Shown: positions 1 to 15,835 of the stretch, piece after piece
How the letters are laid out: each line of letters opens with the position of its first letter
How positions within the stretch are numbered: position 1 is the stretch's first letter
Assembly (NCBI RefSeq): GCF_009914755.1
Contig: NC_060930.1
Origin: the human T2T-CHM13v2.0 reference genome, Homo sapiens
Strand: one strand, 5' to 3'
DNA length: 64,000 nucleotides
Position numbers and translations under genes: made by a program
The notes under the pieces: model-generated
What the model was told of the DNA's origin: nothing
The model's database searches: none
The model's input: only the letters and a program-made list of their open reading frames with translations

Positions 1-479
1 GGAAAGAAAAAGAATGATGAAAATTGACAAACTATAGAACCAAATAAGATGGGTAATAATTTCATACTGTAGAAGTAAAGATGAAATTATTAGCAAAAAC
101 ACACAAGTGGATTTGAACCAGAATGCCGGCTATAAACCTCACCTTACAACACAGAGTAGAGAAGGAGGTGTGTGGGTGGGTGGACGGGGTGCAGCACTCT
201 GTTTCCACCAGCTCCCAATCCTAGCAGGCTTCAAGCTCTGTGCTTTCTCCGGCTGGTTCCTGGCTAGCGTCTACCTCACACTGAGCAGGACAGGGATTCC
301 CCTGGATAAGGAGGAGGAGGAAAAGAGCTCCACACAGCAATTCCTCAGCCCCATCCCGGCTAAGGCAGGTGCCCTTCATTGTTTTTGGTTGCTAACCTCA
401 TATAGAGCACATAGTGTGAAGGCGACCTTCGCACGCCTACCCACCTTACGGCCCCTGGCTCCACTGAGCTCTCTCTTGA

Positions 480-765
480 CTTTTTAAAAATGTTTTGTTT
501 TGAAATAATTACAAACTCAAAAGAAGTTCCATAAATAGTACAGGGTCCCACCCATCTTCCTTCAATGGTGACATCTTAAATAGTACAATAATCAAAACCA
601 AGAAGTTACTCCTAACTAAACTATAGATCATATTCAATTTCCACCATCTTCCAAACATGCATCTGTGAGTTTCGGGGACATTCTGTGTAATGTTATCACA
701 TGCAGACATTTGCATCCATCCCCACAATTCGCTCTTGGTTTTTATGTCAGTTTCTCTAGTCATTC
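480..765 (-). mobile_element. Old L1 (L1MC-type) 3' end fragment
   Basis: ttttgaaataattacaaactcaaaagaagtt...aatagtaca...ggtgacatctt resembles the antisense L1MC 3' UTR; boundaries approximate. Confidence 0.6.
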
Positions 766-829
766 AAGCTCTCTCGCTTTTTTATCAGTGAAAGTTTCGT
801 TTTGGGGAGAATCAAAAGCCGATGTAACG

Positions 830-3200
830 TTAATGTCTTGGTAGAATCTAGAAGACATTAAAATTAACTATTGTATTAAAAGTCCAGCGAATTAAATAAG
901 AAAAGAAATAAAATTAAGTATAAAAATTTAAACACAAGAGAAAAATAGCAAACAACTCCAGACAATTTTCTAGGTAGTTTTATAGACAACCTAGAAAATT
1001 CAGAAGAATCCACTGAAAAACCAGAGTTTAAATGAAATTGCCTGTGTAAAATTAAAATACAGTCATGTATCACTTAACGACACAGGTATCATTTGAGAAT
1101 CCTTGTGTGAATGTCATAGAGTGTACTTACACAACCCTACATGGTTTAATCTACTACACATTTAGGCTAAGTATTAAAGTTTATTGCTCTTAGGTTATAA
1201 ACCTGAACAGCATGTTACTTTTCTGAATACCATAGGCAATTGTAACACAACGGTAAGTATTTGTGTATCTAAACATACCTAAATATCAAAAAGGTACAGT
1301 AAAATTATGGCACAAAAGATTATAAATGGTATACCTGTATAGGGCGCAGGAATAAAGCTTGCAGGACTGGAAGTTTCTCTGGGTGAGTCATTGAGTGAGT
1401 GATGGATGTATGTGAGGGCCTCGTACATTACCATACACTACCGTGGACTTTATAAACACTATACACTTAGGCTACACTGAATTAAAAAGAAATTATTTCT
1501 TCAATAATAAATTAACCTTAGCTTAGTGTAACTGTTTTACTTTGCAGACTTTCTAATTGTCTAACTCTTTAACTTTTATGATCACACTTAGTTTAAAACA
1601 TAAACGTATTGTATAGCTGTACAAATACATTTTCTTTCTTTATATCATTATTGGAAAAGCTCTTTTATATTTTTATTTTTTCACTTTTAATTTTTTTAAA
1701 TAAAATCTAAGACACAAATGCACACATTAGCTTACACCTACACAAGGTGAGGATCGTCAATATCACTGTCTTCCACTTCCACATCTTGTCCCAGTAGAAG
1801 GTCTTCAGGGGCAATGACAGGCATAGAGCTGTCATCTCCTATGATCACAACGCCTTCTAGATATCTCTGGAAGGACCTGCCTGAGGCTGCCTAACAGTTA
1901 ACATGGTTTCAGTAAGTAGCAGGAGTACATTCTAAGTTAATGATAAAAATATAGTGTGGTAAATAAATAAACCAGTAGCAGTCACCTATTATCATGCACT
2001 GTATGCAATTGTATGTGCTATAATCCTATCCAACTGGGAGCACTGTAGGTTTGTTTACACCAACGTCACTGCAAGCACTTGAGTGACGTGTTGCACTATG
2101 ATGTTATCATGGCCATGACATCACAAGGTGATAGGAATTTTTTAGCTAGATTATAATCTACTGGGTCCACCATCATATATGCAGCCCATTGTGACCTGAA
2201 ATATCATTAGGTGATGCGTAGCTGAATAAATATCTAATACATCAGCAAACACAGATTAGAAAATATTGACATAAAATATTGAAGTAACAAAATAAAATAC
2301 CCAGGAAAACTATAGAAACTATAAAACTCTAGAAAGGATTTATGAAAAAAAATTTTAAATTCCACTAAGGAAATAAAGGTTACCCAAATTACTAGAGATA
2401 TTATGTCCATGGATTGAAGATTCAATATGGCATATACACCATCTCTCCAAAATTAACCCATAAGTACAGCATAGTCATAGACAAATCTTTAAAAGGACTT
2501 TTTATAGACCCTGACAAAACAGTTGTAAAATTTACATGATGCAATATGCACAAAAAGAGCCAAGGTTACTGTGGAAAATAAAAACAGAAGGGCTTTTCCT
2601 TCAAAATATTAAAACTTACTTTATATTTCAAGTTACTACAGGAGTGTAGGATTTGTATCAAAAGAATAGATGAATGGAATAGAACTAATGATATAAAAAC
2701 AATTATATACATACGTATTATACACACACACATATATATCTTATGTATCTATATGCATATTCATGAAGTTGGAAGGGGAGGAAAGGGCTTATAAAGAAGT
2801 CTCCAGAACAAAACCTAGCAAAGACTGATATATGTTCTTCATCAAAATTAGGTATTTTTAAATGTACTTAAAAGCAAAGTTAGAGGATAAAGAAATTTAG
2901 AAATTATGCTCTACATATGTAACAAGGAAATAATATTAGTAAAAATTAACTAAAAACTACAAATTAATTTTTAAATGACCACTCAAAAAAATAAACACAG
3001 GAAAGTAACAATAATAAAAATTAAATATTTGATAATAAATGAAAAGCTCTTGAATGTCACTAGTATCACAGAATACGAAAACTAAACTACAGTTAAAGTT
3101 TTCACCCATTCAGTTGTCAAAGTTTATAGTTTTATAATATCTTAGTTGGCAAGCCTGAGGAAATGTATATCCTTACACACTCATGGCTGACTCTCACTTC
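830..3200 (+). mobile_element. Highly decayed L1M (L1ME-like) ORF2 fragment, split by Tigger3
   Basis: A-rich L1 ORF2-like segments on both sides of the Tigger insertion (aacctagaaaattc...gaatccactgaaaaa; atgtccatggattgaagattcaatat; ttttcacccattcagttgtcaaa). Confidence 0.6.
1060..2224. mobile_element. Tigger3b/MER7-type (Golem) non-autonomous TcMar DNA transposon
   Basis: Starts TA|cagtcatgtatcacttaacgac; contains catagagtgtacttacacaa and aggcaattgtaacacaa..gtaagtatttgtgtatctaaacata; ends gattataatct...gatgcgtagctg (degenerate TIR); ~1.17 kb. Confidence 0.9.
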
Positions 3201-4547
3201 ATATATTCTTGAAAATAAATAAACCCTGCCCACCTAGGATTCTATATTCAATTTTTTCATTAAGTAGGCCAAGCATACTTACATGTGTCACAGAAAAAAA
3301 AAAAACAAAGACAAGAGGAGAATAATATTAGAGTGTCAACACGGATTATATTTTGGAATTTATTTAAATTACCTAAATACAAGTTGAAAGTATCCAACTC
3401 AAATTAAAGTTAATATTTTGTTAAAAAACAGAAACCGTTTTCTAAAGAAATCCTTTAAAAGAACACCTGTGTCAATAAGCGTATGTCTAAAACATGTAAG
3501 CACTTACAACTCAATGTACTTTTATTTTTTACGTTAATTCCTGTATTATACCTAAGAAGTAAAGATTAATAATTTGTCTCATAACTGCATCACTTTAGGC
3601 TGCAATGTCTACCATTGATGCATGATTTTTTTTTTAATAATTTCTTGGGAAAGCAAAACAAAAATTCAGTACAAATACTTTTTGAAATGATTACTTTTTT
3701 CATTGAATAGACAGAAAGTAAAATGAAAGAGATTGCAGTTTGGGGGAAGAAAAGAGGCTGGAATGGAAGCTTGATTAGTTAAAGTACTTTAAAGAAATTT
3801 AAAATCCACCTGGCACTCAGATATAAAAAGCAATGAAGATTGAGCTGCTGTGCTGACATTTCTTTCTGGATTGCAGAGGACTGTAATGACTCATACTTCA
3901 TTGCTATGCCAGCCTATCTTTCTGCCACGAGCCTCCATTAAGGTTAAAACAAATGTAAAAGCGAACTGCAAAGCGCATGTCAGGGTAGCACTGGCAAGTT
4001 TTAGTGACCTGTCACGGTGACATAGACCCCAATATGCCCACCTAAAAGCTCCACAGGTAAAAGTGTCTAATGACAGGGACTTCAGGACAAATCTATACCG
4101 AAATGAAATTGGAAGTCGCTCTGATGTTACCTAGCAGCGTGGAGGCTGACCCTCACAGGCATTAACGTGATACAAAGGATGCCTTAGTAACCAGGCACAG
4201 GGAAATATAATTGGCAAAGTAAGCGATTTTAATAGAGCATATAAAAATGTGTGTGGAGACAGATAGGGACGGTCCCTTCTATGCAATTTTCTAGTAATGG
4301 TAGTTGTGTGTGTGTTAAATGAAAGTATGGGTGAGTTCAAATCAGCCTTTCCAGAAGAGCAGCAATATCAAATAGAAAATAATCATAAAATACTATGTAT
4401 GTGTTTTAAAATGAATTTTTCACATACAGTTGTTGTCAGGTTGAAAGTCAAGATTTATTCTGAGGACTGGAGCAAACTGAAGGTTGCTAGAAATTTATCC
4501 CTAATTCTGCTATATTATGATACTATACTGTTCTCTGTGAGAGAACA

Positions 4548-4636
4548 CACATGTATGCTGCGTGTGTGTGTGTGCACTTATGCATGTATGTGTGTGCAGT
4601 CTGTTCATATGCATGTGTGTGTGTGTGAGCACACAC
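4548..4636. repeat. Imperfect (TG)n/(TGCA) microsatellite
   Basis: Alternating purine-pyrimidine run seen directly. Confidence 0.85.
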
Positions 4637-4974
4637 TTGTCCGTCAAGAAGAGAAAGGAACAATGGATGAAGAAAGAAAACCAGGAATATTATTGTCCCA
4701 CATTTTTCATATTGCTCATCAGTGGTGGCTCCTAAGTTTCTACCAAGGAAACCTGGAAGAGAAAATATTGGTGGGACTCTCTGTGACCCAGCATATCACG
4801 TGTTTCTTAGATGGAGTGTCCATGGGGTAGTCTGAGGAGCTAATTGAGATTTCACAGTGGCTGCAGCCTTCCAATGCCCTCCTTTGCACCAACACTGCTG
4901 CTGATGTCTGACATTCTTAGTACTTCATGCTAATGTGACATAAATGACCATGAGGCATGATAACCAGGATATGA

Positions 4975-5087
4975 ATAAAATCTCTCATAGAATGATGATA
5001 AACATTAAATGAGACTATAGTGATGACAAATGTCAAAGAGTACCTGGTAAGAAGTAAGCACTCAATAAATGCCCCGTGTTATTATTC
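4975..5087 (+). mobile_element. MIR 3' fragment
   Basis: attaaatgaga...tacctggtaagaagtaagcactcaataaatg...ttattatt matches the MIR 3' end. Confidence 0.7.
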
Positions 5088-5100
5088 TAATTGTACAGGA

Positions 5101-5428
5101 CAGGTGCCCCTCAATATCCCCAGAAGACTGGTTCCAGGACCCCTCTCAGATACAAAAAAATCCATGGATGTTCATAACCCTGATATAAAATAGCTACCAC
5201 CTGCATATAACCTACGCACACCCTCCTGTATACTTTCAGTCATCTCTAGATTATGTGTGATTCCTAATACAATGTAAATGCTATGTAAACAGTTGTTATA
5301 CTGCATTTCTGAAGAATAAAGACGAGGAAAAAAGTCTGTACATGTTCAGTACAGACAAATCTTTTTTCAGATATAAGGTTGGCTGAATTCATGGATATGG
5401 AACCCAGGAATAGGGAGAGTCAGTTCTA
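5101..5428 (+). mobile_element. MER2 (TcMar-Tigger MITE)
   Basis: tggttccaggacccc, tgcatataacctacgcaca, catctctagatta, cctaatacaatgtaaatgctatgtaaa, gtctgtacatgttcagtacagac are MER2 hallmarks. Confidence 0.9.
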
Positions 5429-6910
5429 TTAGCTTAAAAAATGCACCAGAGCTCTGCATACAAATGATCTTGCTATCTTTTCAGGCATCTCCTTGGAAGG
5501 CATTAAACTTATTCCAGCAAGATGTCATTGTTTTTTCCAACATCACTAAAGCACTTTGAATTCTTCTTTTTGAACAGCTTTTAAAACCTGCAAAATTTGA
5601 TTTGAACATTCTTAATCATGGCAATTCACTGATAGGCATGATTTCTGATTTTATTTTTATTGCTTCCCTAAAGGACAAATGCAGTATTCTAAGTGGAAGG
5701 GACAGTGGGAGACACATTGATGAGTCAAGACATTCATTGTCCAGCTTCCCTTCAAAAAGATGATAATTTAGAGCCCAGAATGAACGAGATAACTAACAAA
5801 GTTGCCCCTTTTCTGATAAAAATTAAGGGGATAATAACTTGTATTTTATGGCTTACACAGAGCCTATAATGCACTTCCAATGAACAATTTCAAAAGTGTG
5901 TTAAATCGAAAACCATATTCATTTGGAAGAATACAATCTGTAAATCTGTTATAAAATTAAAAATAAAGCATCAACTCTCAGAACTGTGGAGTTTATTACT
6001 AAGCGAACTTGCTGATTGGAATGCCCTTGATACATGTGCTATCTGCTTCTGTTTGCACAGCGGAGAGTTCACAGCCTTACAGAAAACCCTCATATGTACT
6101 GGCTTTCACTTTCTCAACTGAGTGTAGCTTCAAATCTCTATGTAAGAGCCCTTTTATCCACTGTCTATCAATATTTGTGGCTTACTTTGTCACTACTCTT
6201 ACCTCAGTGTAATCGATTTGCCTACTTCATTGCTTGTTATCTGTTAGAGCAGGGGCTGTGTCCTGTGTCCACTATACACAGGATTTAGAAAGGAATTTGA
6301 GGCAAAAAAAATAAATATACAAAACTCTTTTCAGTAAACAGCTTAGAGGAGGGTAAGGCTGGATACAAAGTTCCAGATAGACATTGCTGAAGTGAAGGTG
6401 AAAGGTGTTTTACACGAGGAAACAGCAGCGGGGCGCACAGAGGGAATTCACATGAAAGCAGGTAAGGAGGCAGCAGGGGCGAGACAAGGGTTGCTTGGAT
6501 TTATGCAGGAGAAGGAGGCAGAATCCCCACATCCCTCGCGGGTTTCTAACCTGCCTACCTGGGAATTTTCCCATCCACCTATAATGGGAAGAATGGAACA
6601 AATGTATCTCAGTGGACTCACAGGAGAAAAGATCAAGCGTTTTTCGTCTTGCACACCAAGATCCAGTAGGAAGCACAGCACACAGTAAGCAAAGAATTGC
6701 CTATGAGTAGTGCACTTACGTAAACCATGAAAAGTAAGCATAGGACAGCATTTGGAAAAAAGGTAGAGAATTTGAGGAGATGATTTCATGGACCTATACT
6801 GAAAGCCACGTGACCAAATAAAGATGCTAAAGAAGCCTTTTCTAGTAATTTCATGTTAGATTTTTACAGAAGCCAGATACGGATGTAATAAGACATCATA
6901 GACACTCTGA

Positions 6911-7267
<357 letters not shown>

Positions 7268-7780
7268 TGATTCTCATAGAGCAAATGTTTTCCTTCCCAG
7301 TTCTACAGTCTGTAAATATTGACAAATACTTATGTACAATAAAGTAACCACCACCACAGTCATGAGACATTTTCTTTGTTTTTATTTTCCAGTAATTGTA
7401 ATGTATCTTGACATAGGTTACTCTAGGTTTATCATATTTTGAATTTGTTCAGCTTCTTTATTATGTGGGTTTTATCTTTCATAATATTTGGGAAAGAGTG
7501 CTTGTATCAAAAGCCCCCAGGTAGGGGGCTTGTTGTGGTGGGGTCCCTCTTGTCAGTGCCCAACATAGCAGGACCCCGGGATGTTGGAGCAGAATCTCAG
7601 GCTCAGTGGAGACACAGAGAGCTTCCCTTGTCTATGCACTGTTGGTGAAGCTTCAGGTTGAAGCCCCACACTTGTCCTGCTGTGCTCCTCTGGTCTTATC
7701 AGGACTCCAATTTGACCTGCGTGATGAATAGTCCTACATAGGACACATTCTGTTGCCAAGTGCAGGTCAATGTTATCAGG

Positions 7781-8478
<698 letters not shown>

Positions 8479-8654
8479 CCAGGTCTGGGCCATTTTCTAC
8501 TGTTAGGTGGGGGTCTTAACAAGACCAAACACTATGCATTTCCTCCTGTCTTGGTATGTCTAACCAGTTCACTTTTCTCTTTCCACCTTTCAGAGTTCTT
8601 ATTTGGTTGTCTCTTAGGAGATCTTGAATTACAGCTGTATGTTGCAAGAGGAGA

Positions 8655-11330
8655 GAATCAACAAACTTGAAGACAGGATAATTGAGATTACTGAGTCTGA
8701 AACAGAAAGAAAAAAGATTGAATAAAAGTTAACAGACAGTGTGGGGCACCATCACACAAACCAACATAGGCACTGTGGGAGTCCCAGAAGGATAAAACAG
8801 AAAGAAAATGGAGATTACTTGAAGAAATAATGGTTTAAAACTTCCCAAATTTTATGAAAGACATAAATATAAATATTCATGAAGCTCCACAAACTCCAAA
8901 CAGGATGCACTCAAAGAGAACCACACAGGCCAGGTGTGGTGCCTCATGCCTGTAATCCCAGCACTTTGGGAGGCTGAAGCAAGTGGATCGCTTGAGCTTA
9001 GTAGTTCAAGACCAGCATGGGCAACATGGCAATACCCTGTCTTTACAAAAAATACAAAAATTAGCGAGGTGTGGTGGCACACACTTGTAGTCCCAGTTAC
9101 TTGGGAGGCTGAGAGGCTGGAGGATCACTTGAGCTCCAAAGGCAGAGGCTGCAGTGAGCCAAGGTCATGCCACTGCACTCCAGCATGAATGACAGAGTGA
9201 GACTCTGTCTCAAAAAAAAAAGACAAATACACCAAGACACATTATGATCACACCATCAAAAGAGAAAGAGAGAATCTGGAAAGTAGCAAGAAAGAAGCAA
9301 CTCTTCATATATGATAGATTCTCAGGAAAATTATCAGCATATTTCTCACCAGAAATCTTGGAAGTCAAAAAACTTGTGAACCAAGTATGTTCAGGAAAAC
9401 CGTCCTTTGAAAGCAAGGGGAAAGTAAATGAAAATAAGGGGAAAGTAAAGACATTCTTACATAAACAAAAGCCGAAGATTTTGTTGTTACCATGAGACCT
9501 GCCCTGCAAGAAATATTAAAGGGAGTCCGTCCTACAAGTTGAAATGAAAGGACAGTGGACAGTAACTTGAAGTCTTGAGAAGAAATGAAGATCCCTGTAA
9601 AGAGATATACATGGGCAATTATAAAACCCTGTATAATTTTGATGTTGGTTTACAACTTTGCTTTTTTTTCATAATTTAAGAAATGGATGCATTAAAAAAC
9701 AAGTATTTGTCTATGTTTTGGGGAACAAAATGTATAAGGATGCAATTATGTGACATTAAATAACTGAAATAATGAAAATGGAACTGTTAAAAGAGTAAGT
9801 TAAGCTAGTACGAATTCAAATTAAGGCATTATAATTTTATGAGCTTAAATATAACTCCTATGTTAACCGAAAAGAAAATAGCTATAGAATATACAGAAAA
9901 GAAAATGGGAAGGCAATTAATATGTTTTACTGTAAAAAATTAAAAATAAGATCGCAATGAAGAAATGGAGAAAAATTCCATAGGTATATGTAAAACAATA
10001 GAAAAATGACAGAAGTTAAATTTATTCTCATTAATAATTCTTTTAAATGTAAATTTAAATGAATTAAACTGCTTGATCAAAATACAACTATTCACAGAAT
10101 GTATTTTTAGTAACCCATATATATGCTGTCTGTAAGAGACTTGTGTTAGATCCAAAGACATAAATAGGTTGAAAGTGAAAGAATAGAAAGATATCACATG
10201 AAAATATTTACTAAAAGAGAGCAAAGGTGACTGGAACTAATGTCAGACAAAATAGAGTTTATATTTAAAATGTTACAGAAGACAAAGAATATTATTTACT
10301 AACAAGGTTCAATAAAGCAAAAAAGATATAAAAGTATGAATAATTATGCATCTAATAAAACACCATCAAAATATATAAAGCAAAACTTAAGAGAATTAAA
10401 TGGAGAAATAGTTCTACAATAGTATTTGAAGATTTCAATAATCTGCTTTTATTATGAATAGAATAATCAGATTGAATATAAGTATAGAAATAGAGTACTT
10501 GAACAACAAAATATGCCAACTAGATCTAACAGACCTATACAGAAAATTCCACCCCAAAACAACAGCCTACACATCTGTCTCAAGTGCGCACAGGACGTTC
10601 TCCATAATAGACCATATGTTAGGCCACAAATTCAGGCTACTATTAAAAAAAGATGAAAATAACAAGTGTCAGAAAATAAGGGGAAACATTGGAACTGTTG
10701 TGCACCGTTGGCATGAATTTAAAATGTTGTACCCACGATAGAAAACAGTATAGTGGTTCCTCAAAAATTAAAAATATAATTATCATATGATCTAGTAATT
10801 CCACTTCCAAGTGTACACTCAAAAGAAATGAAAGTAGGATATGAAAAAGATATTTGCATACCCATGTTCATAGTGGCATTATAGATTAAAGGTGGAAGCA
10901 ACTCAAATGTCCATCAAAGGATGAATGGCTAAAGAAAAGGTAGTATATATGTACAAGAGAATATTGTTCAGCTGTGAAAAGGAAGAAAATTCTGACACAT
11001 GCTTCAATTTGGGTGAACCTTAAAAACATATGCAAAATGAAATAAGCCAGTCACAAAAAGACACATGATTCCACATATATAAGGTACTTAAAGAGGTCAT
11101 ATTCATAGAGACAGATAATAGAATGGTAGTTGCCAGGGACTCTGGGGAGAGAGGAATTGTGAGTAGTTGTTTAATGAGAACAGTTTTAGTCTAGTAAGAA
11201 AAAAAGAGTTTGGGAGAAGAATGGTGGTGATGGTTGAACAATATGAATGTACTTGATACCACTGAACTATACTTTTAAAAATGGTTAATATGGTACATTT
11301 TACATGATGGGTATTTTCCACAATTTTTAA
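8655..11330 (+). mobile_element. L1MB-like LINE: ORF1, ORF2 endonuclease region, then 3' end (middle of ORF2 absent)
   Basis: ORF1-like (gggagtcccagaagga, gaagaaataatgg...aacttcccaaat); EN-like peptide CQLDLTDLYRKFHPKTTAYT..SSAHRTFSIIDHMLGHK (ORF 10454-10741); L1MB 3' UTR ending atggttaatatggtacattttacatg...cacaattttt. Confidence 0.85.
8928..9221 (+). mobile_element. AluJ-type element inside L1 ORF1
   Basis: ggatcgcttgagc...gttcaagaccagc and ggaggatcacttgagc are J-type diagnostics; short A tail. Confidence 0.9.
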
Positions 11331-11334
11331 GAAG

Positions 11335-12760
<1,426 letters not shown>

Positions 12761-12764
12761 CTAC

Positions 12765-14000
12765 ACTTACAGTAATTATTGATGTAGTTAGATCTAAATC
12801 TACCATTCTGCAGGTTGTGTTTTTCCTGTTCCATTCTTTTGTTTTATTTTTCCCTTTATCTTATTGCTTTTAGGTCAGTTGAACAGTGCTTATATTGTCC
12901 ATTTCATCCCCACTAAGGGCTTATTAGTTATGCCTCTTTCCTTATGTTTCTGTATAGCCTTAGAGTTTTCAATACACATCTTTATTTTATCATGGTTTAC
13001 ATTCATAAACACATACCATTTTATATGTAGTTTAAGAAACTTATAATTGTCTATCCCTATTTTATCCTTTATGCTGTTTTTGTCATACATTTTACTTTTA
13101 TATACTTTATTAACTTTAAAACTTGTTATTAATATTTTTGCTTTACAGAATCAATTATCTATTAGCCATTTAAAATAAGAAAAATTATCTTACATTTACT
13201 TTTGTATTTATCATTTCACGAGTTCTTTCTCAGCATTCTCGTCCTTCCTCTTCACATCACCCAAGCTCTGCCTTGTATTGGTGTGCATCTTATGCAAGCC
13301 AGAATTTTCTTCCTCTCTCCAGCGGTGGAAAGCTTCTAATTTTACTGGTATAGGATCATGAGCTCTGAGATTTTTCTTGGTACTTCCCATAGGTTGAGAG
13401 GTTGTTTCTTCTCTCCTTTGTCCAACAACAATGACATAGCTTTGACTGGGCTTTTTGCCCTATTCCCCTAGTACTTAAGACTTTTGCTCCTTATGAGAGA
13501 AGTGTCCAGGCAGTGGGGCCAAGGTTTTGTGCCTTCCATAGAGACAATTGATTCCTCCCTGCAGTCCTGCACAAGGAATTCCCCATTGATCTCCCACCCT
13601 TCCCCTAAATCCCCCCCTCATGAGCCCATGGTGGAGCTACATGAAAAAGGAAAAGAGCCTGTGAGTGAAGGTAGTCTCTCCCTGAATTTGGGGCTCTCAA
13701 GGGGTCTACATGATCATGGTAGCTCACACTCAACCTTCAGCAACACACGAAAACTTGAGCTGACTTCCTTTTACCTTCCTTCATGACAGCCACCCCTTCC
13801 TCTAGGACACTGACACCAGTCAGACTGGCTGTATGTCAAGTCTTTACTCAGCAGGGAATGGGAGGCAGCCTTCTCTCTCTGGATTTTAGTCTAATTGATT
13901 GACTTGTGATCTCAGCTTTCTTACAGGTAAAATAGTATTATTGTTTTATACTGTACCTAGCTTTTTCTTGTTGCTGGAGTGAGAGAAATGCTTTTTCTAG
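12765..14000 (-). mobile_element. Old L1M fragments (inter-ORF region and 5' end)
   Basis: T-rich antisense L1-like text; ctagctttttcttgttgctggagtgagag...ttacatcctagacc resembles L1M4/L1ME 5' termini. Confidence 0.45.
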
Positions 14001-15765
14001 TTTTTTACATCCTAGACCTAACTTATACATTTTATGAGCTACCCTTGGTGATATTGTCATCTCAGTAGGTGAAGTAAACAATGGAAAACAAGGATCAACC
14101 GACTGGTAAAGCTCATAGAACAGGAAACCAGTTGGAAATTCATTATGTTGCTTTAGACACAAATGGCACAAAAGCTGTTGGACTGATAGCCTCTTCAGGA
14201 TAACATTTATCCTCAGAGATTTCTCAACACCTTGTAATGTGTACTGTGAGACAGCCAATTAATGTCTTTGAATTCTGAGTCAAAAGATCCTGGCATTCTT
14301 TACAAACCAGTAAGGGAAGTGTTTGCTATGTAAAGAAATGAGGTCAGATTCGAGAGCTGGAGTTTTTAGATATAGTGAGATCAAATAGATTTTGCTGCCT
14401 AGCTTCCAGTGAGGCCTTTTTAACAGCAACAACAAAATAACAATATGCTTTTCCTCAGTTTGATGGGAGACATCTTCCCAAAAACTCTGTGCAGGATTCA
14501 GGAGAAAGTTTTTAATATATGACTCATATTTATCTATTGTATATTCTAATAAGATTTCTCTATGGCTTTCTAATACCTCTAGGTACTCAGATTTGTTCAA
14601 TCAAAGCCAAATGATGTGAATGATAAAATCGAATTGATTCTCCTTCCCAGTAAGTCCTGTTCCCTTGACATTTTTCTAATAATCTATGCCCCCTCTGAAA
14701 ATATAGGCAAATGATGAAGGGTAATGAGGCCCACAATAACATGATTGTTCACCTGTTATGCTTAATGAGGCTTATGCTATATTCCTCCAGATTCTGCGGA
14801 GGCTAAAGCCCACTCGTTCATTTCATCAGGACCCTGAAACATAATACTACTGTTTTATCCTGGTAACTGCCAGCCACAGATTCACCCTGATGAACTTCAG
14901 TGCCTTTAAACAAGGAATCGAAGATAAAGGAAACCAGTTAAATGGCACCCTGAGTGTTGTTTATGGTACTTCACAGTCATTACAGGGGTGTATCCATAAT
15001 GTATAGCAACCATTTGCCATCCTACAGCTCTTTATCTTTCCAGGCTATGAGGGCTGCTGTAGATGGTCAGCTTGTTCTTAATTTAGTGCTGAAAACCAAT
15101 TTTATTCATTTTATTATAGAGTAACCCATGAAAATAAGTCTCGTTTAACTAGCTTTATTTATTTATTTTTTTGGCTGAGACTCAGATGATCAGGACAACT
15201 GCCTAATTCAAATTTGTTGATTGCAGTGCGGTTTGTACAAAACTTCTACTATTGCATATCACAGATAACCATGCTGGTGAGACTGGGTGAATGTTCATTT
15301 GCAAATAGCCTGGAACATTTCCTGTCAATTGATTGTTTCCAGCTTGCTCAAATGTGAAGTAAAAGAGCATAAACAATGGAATCTAGTTCCAAGCTTAACT
15401 CTTAGCCCCACCAATAAGACAACTTATTTCCACATTATTTTTAATTCAACCCTTTATATATTTTAAATTGAGTTAACATTTACCCTCCATATTATCATAC
15501 CTTCTCCTGAACCTATCAACTTCACTATTTAATAAACAAATACATTAAAATACAACCAAAACCAATTCTGCCTTCTGATCTGTCTTCTGAAGGTAACCTT
15601 TTAAGCACTAACTCTTCCTGACCCACCTAAATTGTTAGTAAAAGAATGCCACTCATAAGTGAAGCCTGCTTGGTGTCTTCTAGATTGGTATCAATAGGAA
15701 GTAGTAGTGAGAATGAAGTCAGGATATTAACCAAGATGTACACAGAGCCAGTCAGAGCTGAATAA

Positions 15766-15835
15766 GCATAACAGAAAGACAGGGAAGCACTGGCTTGCCC
15801 CGCATAACAGAAAGACAGGGAAGCACTGGCTTGCC
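15766..15835. repeat. Tandem duplication, 36-bp period (34 bp identical)
   Basis: gcataacagaaagacagggaagcactggcttgcc at 15766 and 15802. Confidence 0.97.

Noticed and set aside
107-487. 126-aa ORF
   Set aside because: GTG start, no recognisable domain, no supporting exon structure
4297-4830. Longest ORF (177 aa)
   Set aside because: Runs through a TG microsatellite (VCVC), which suppresses stops; no recognisable homology
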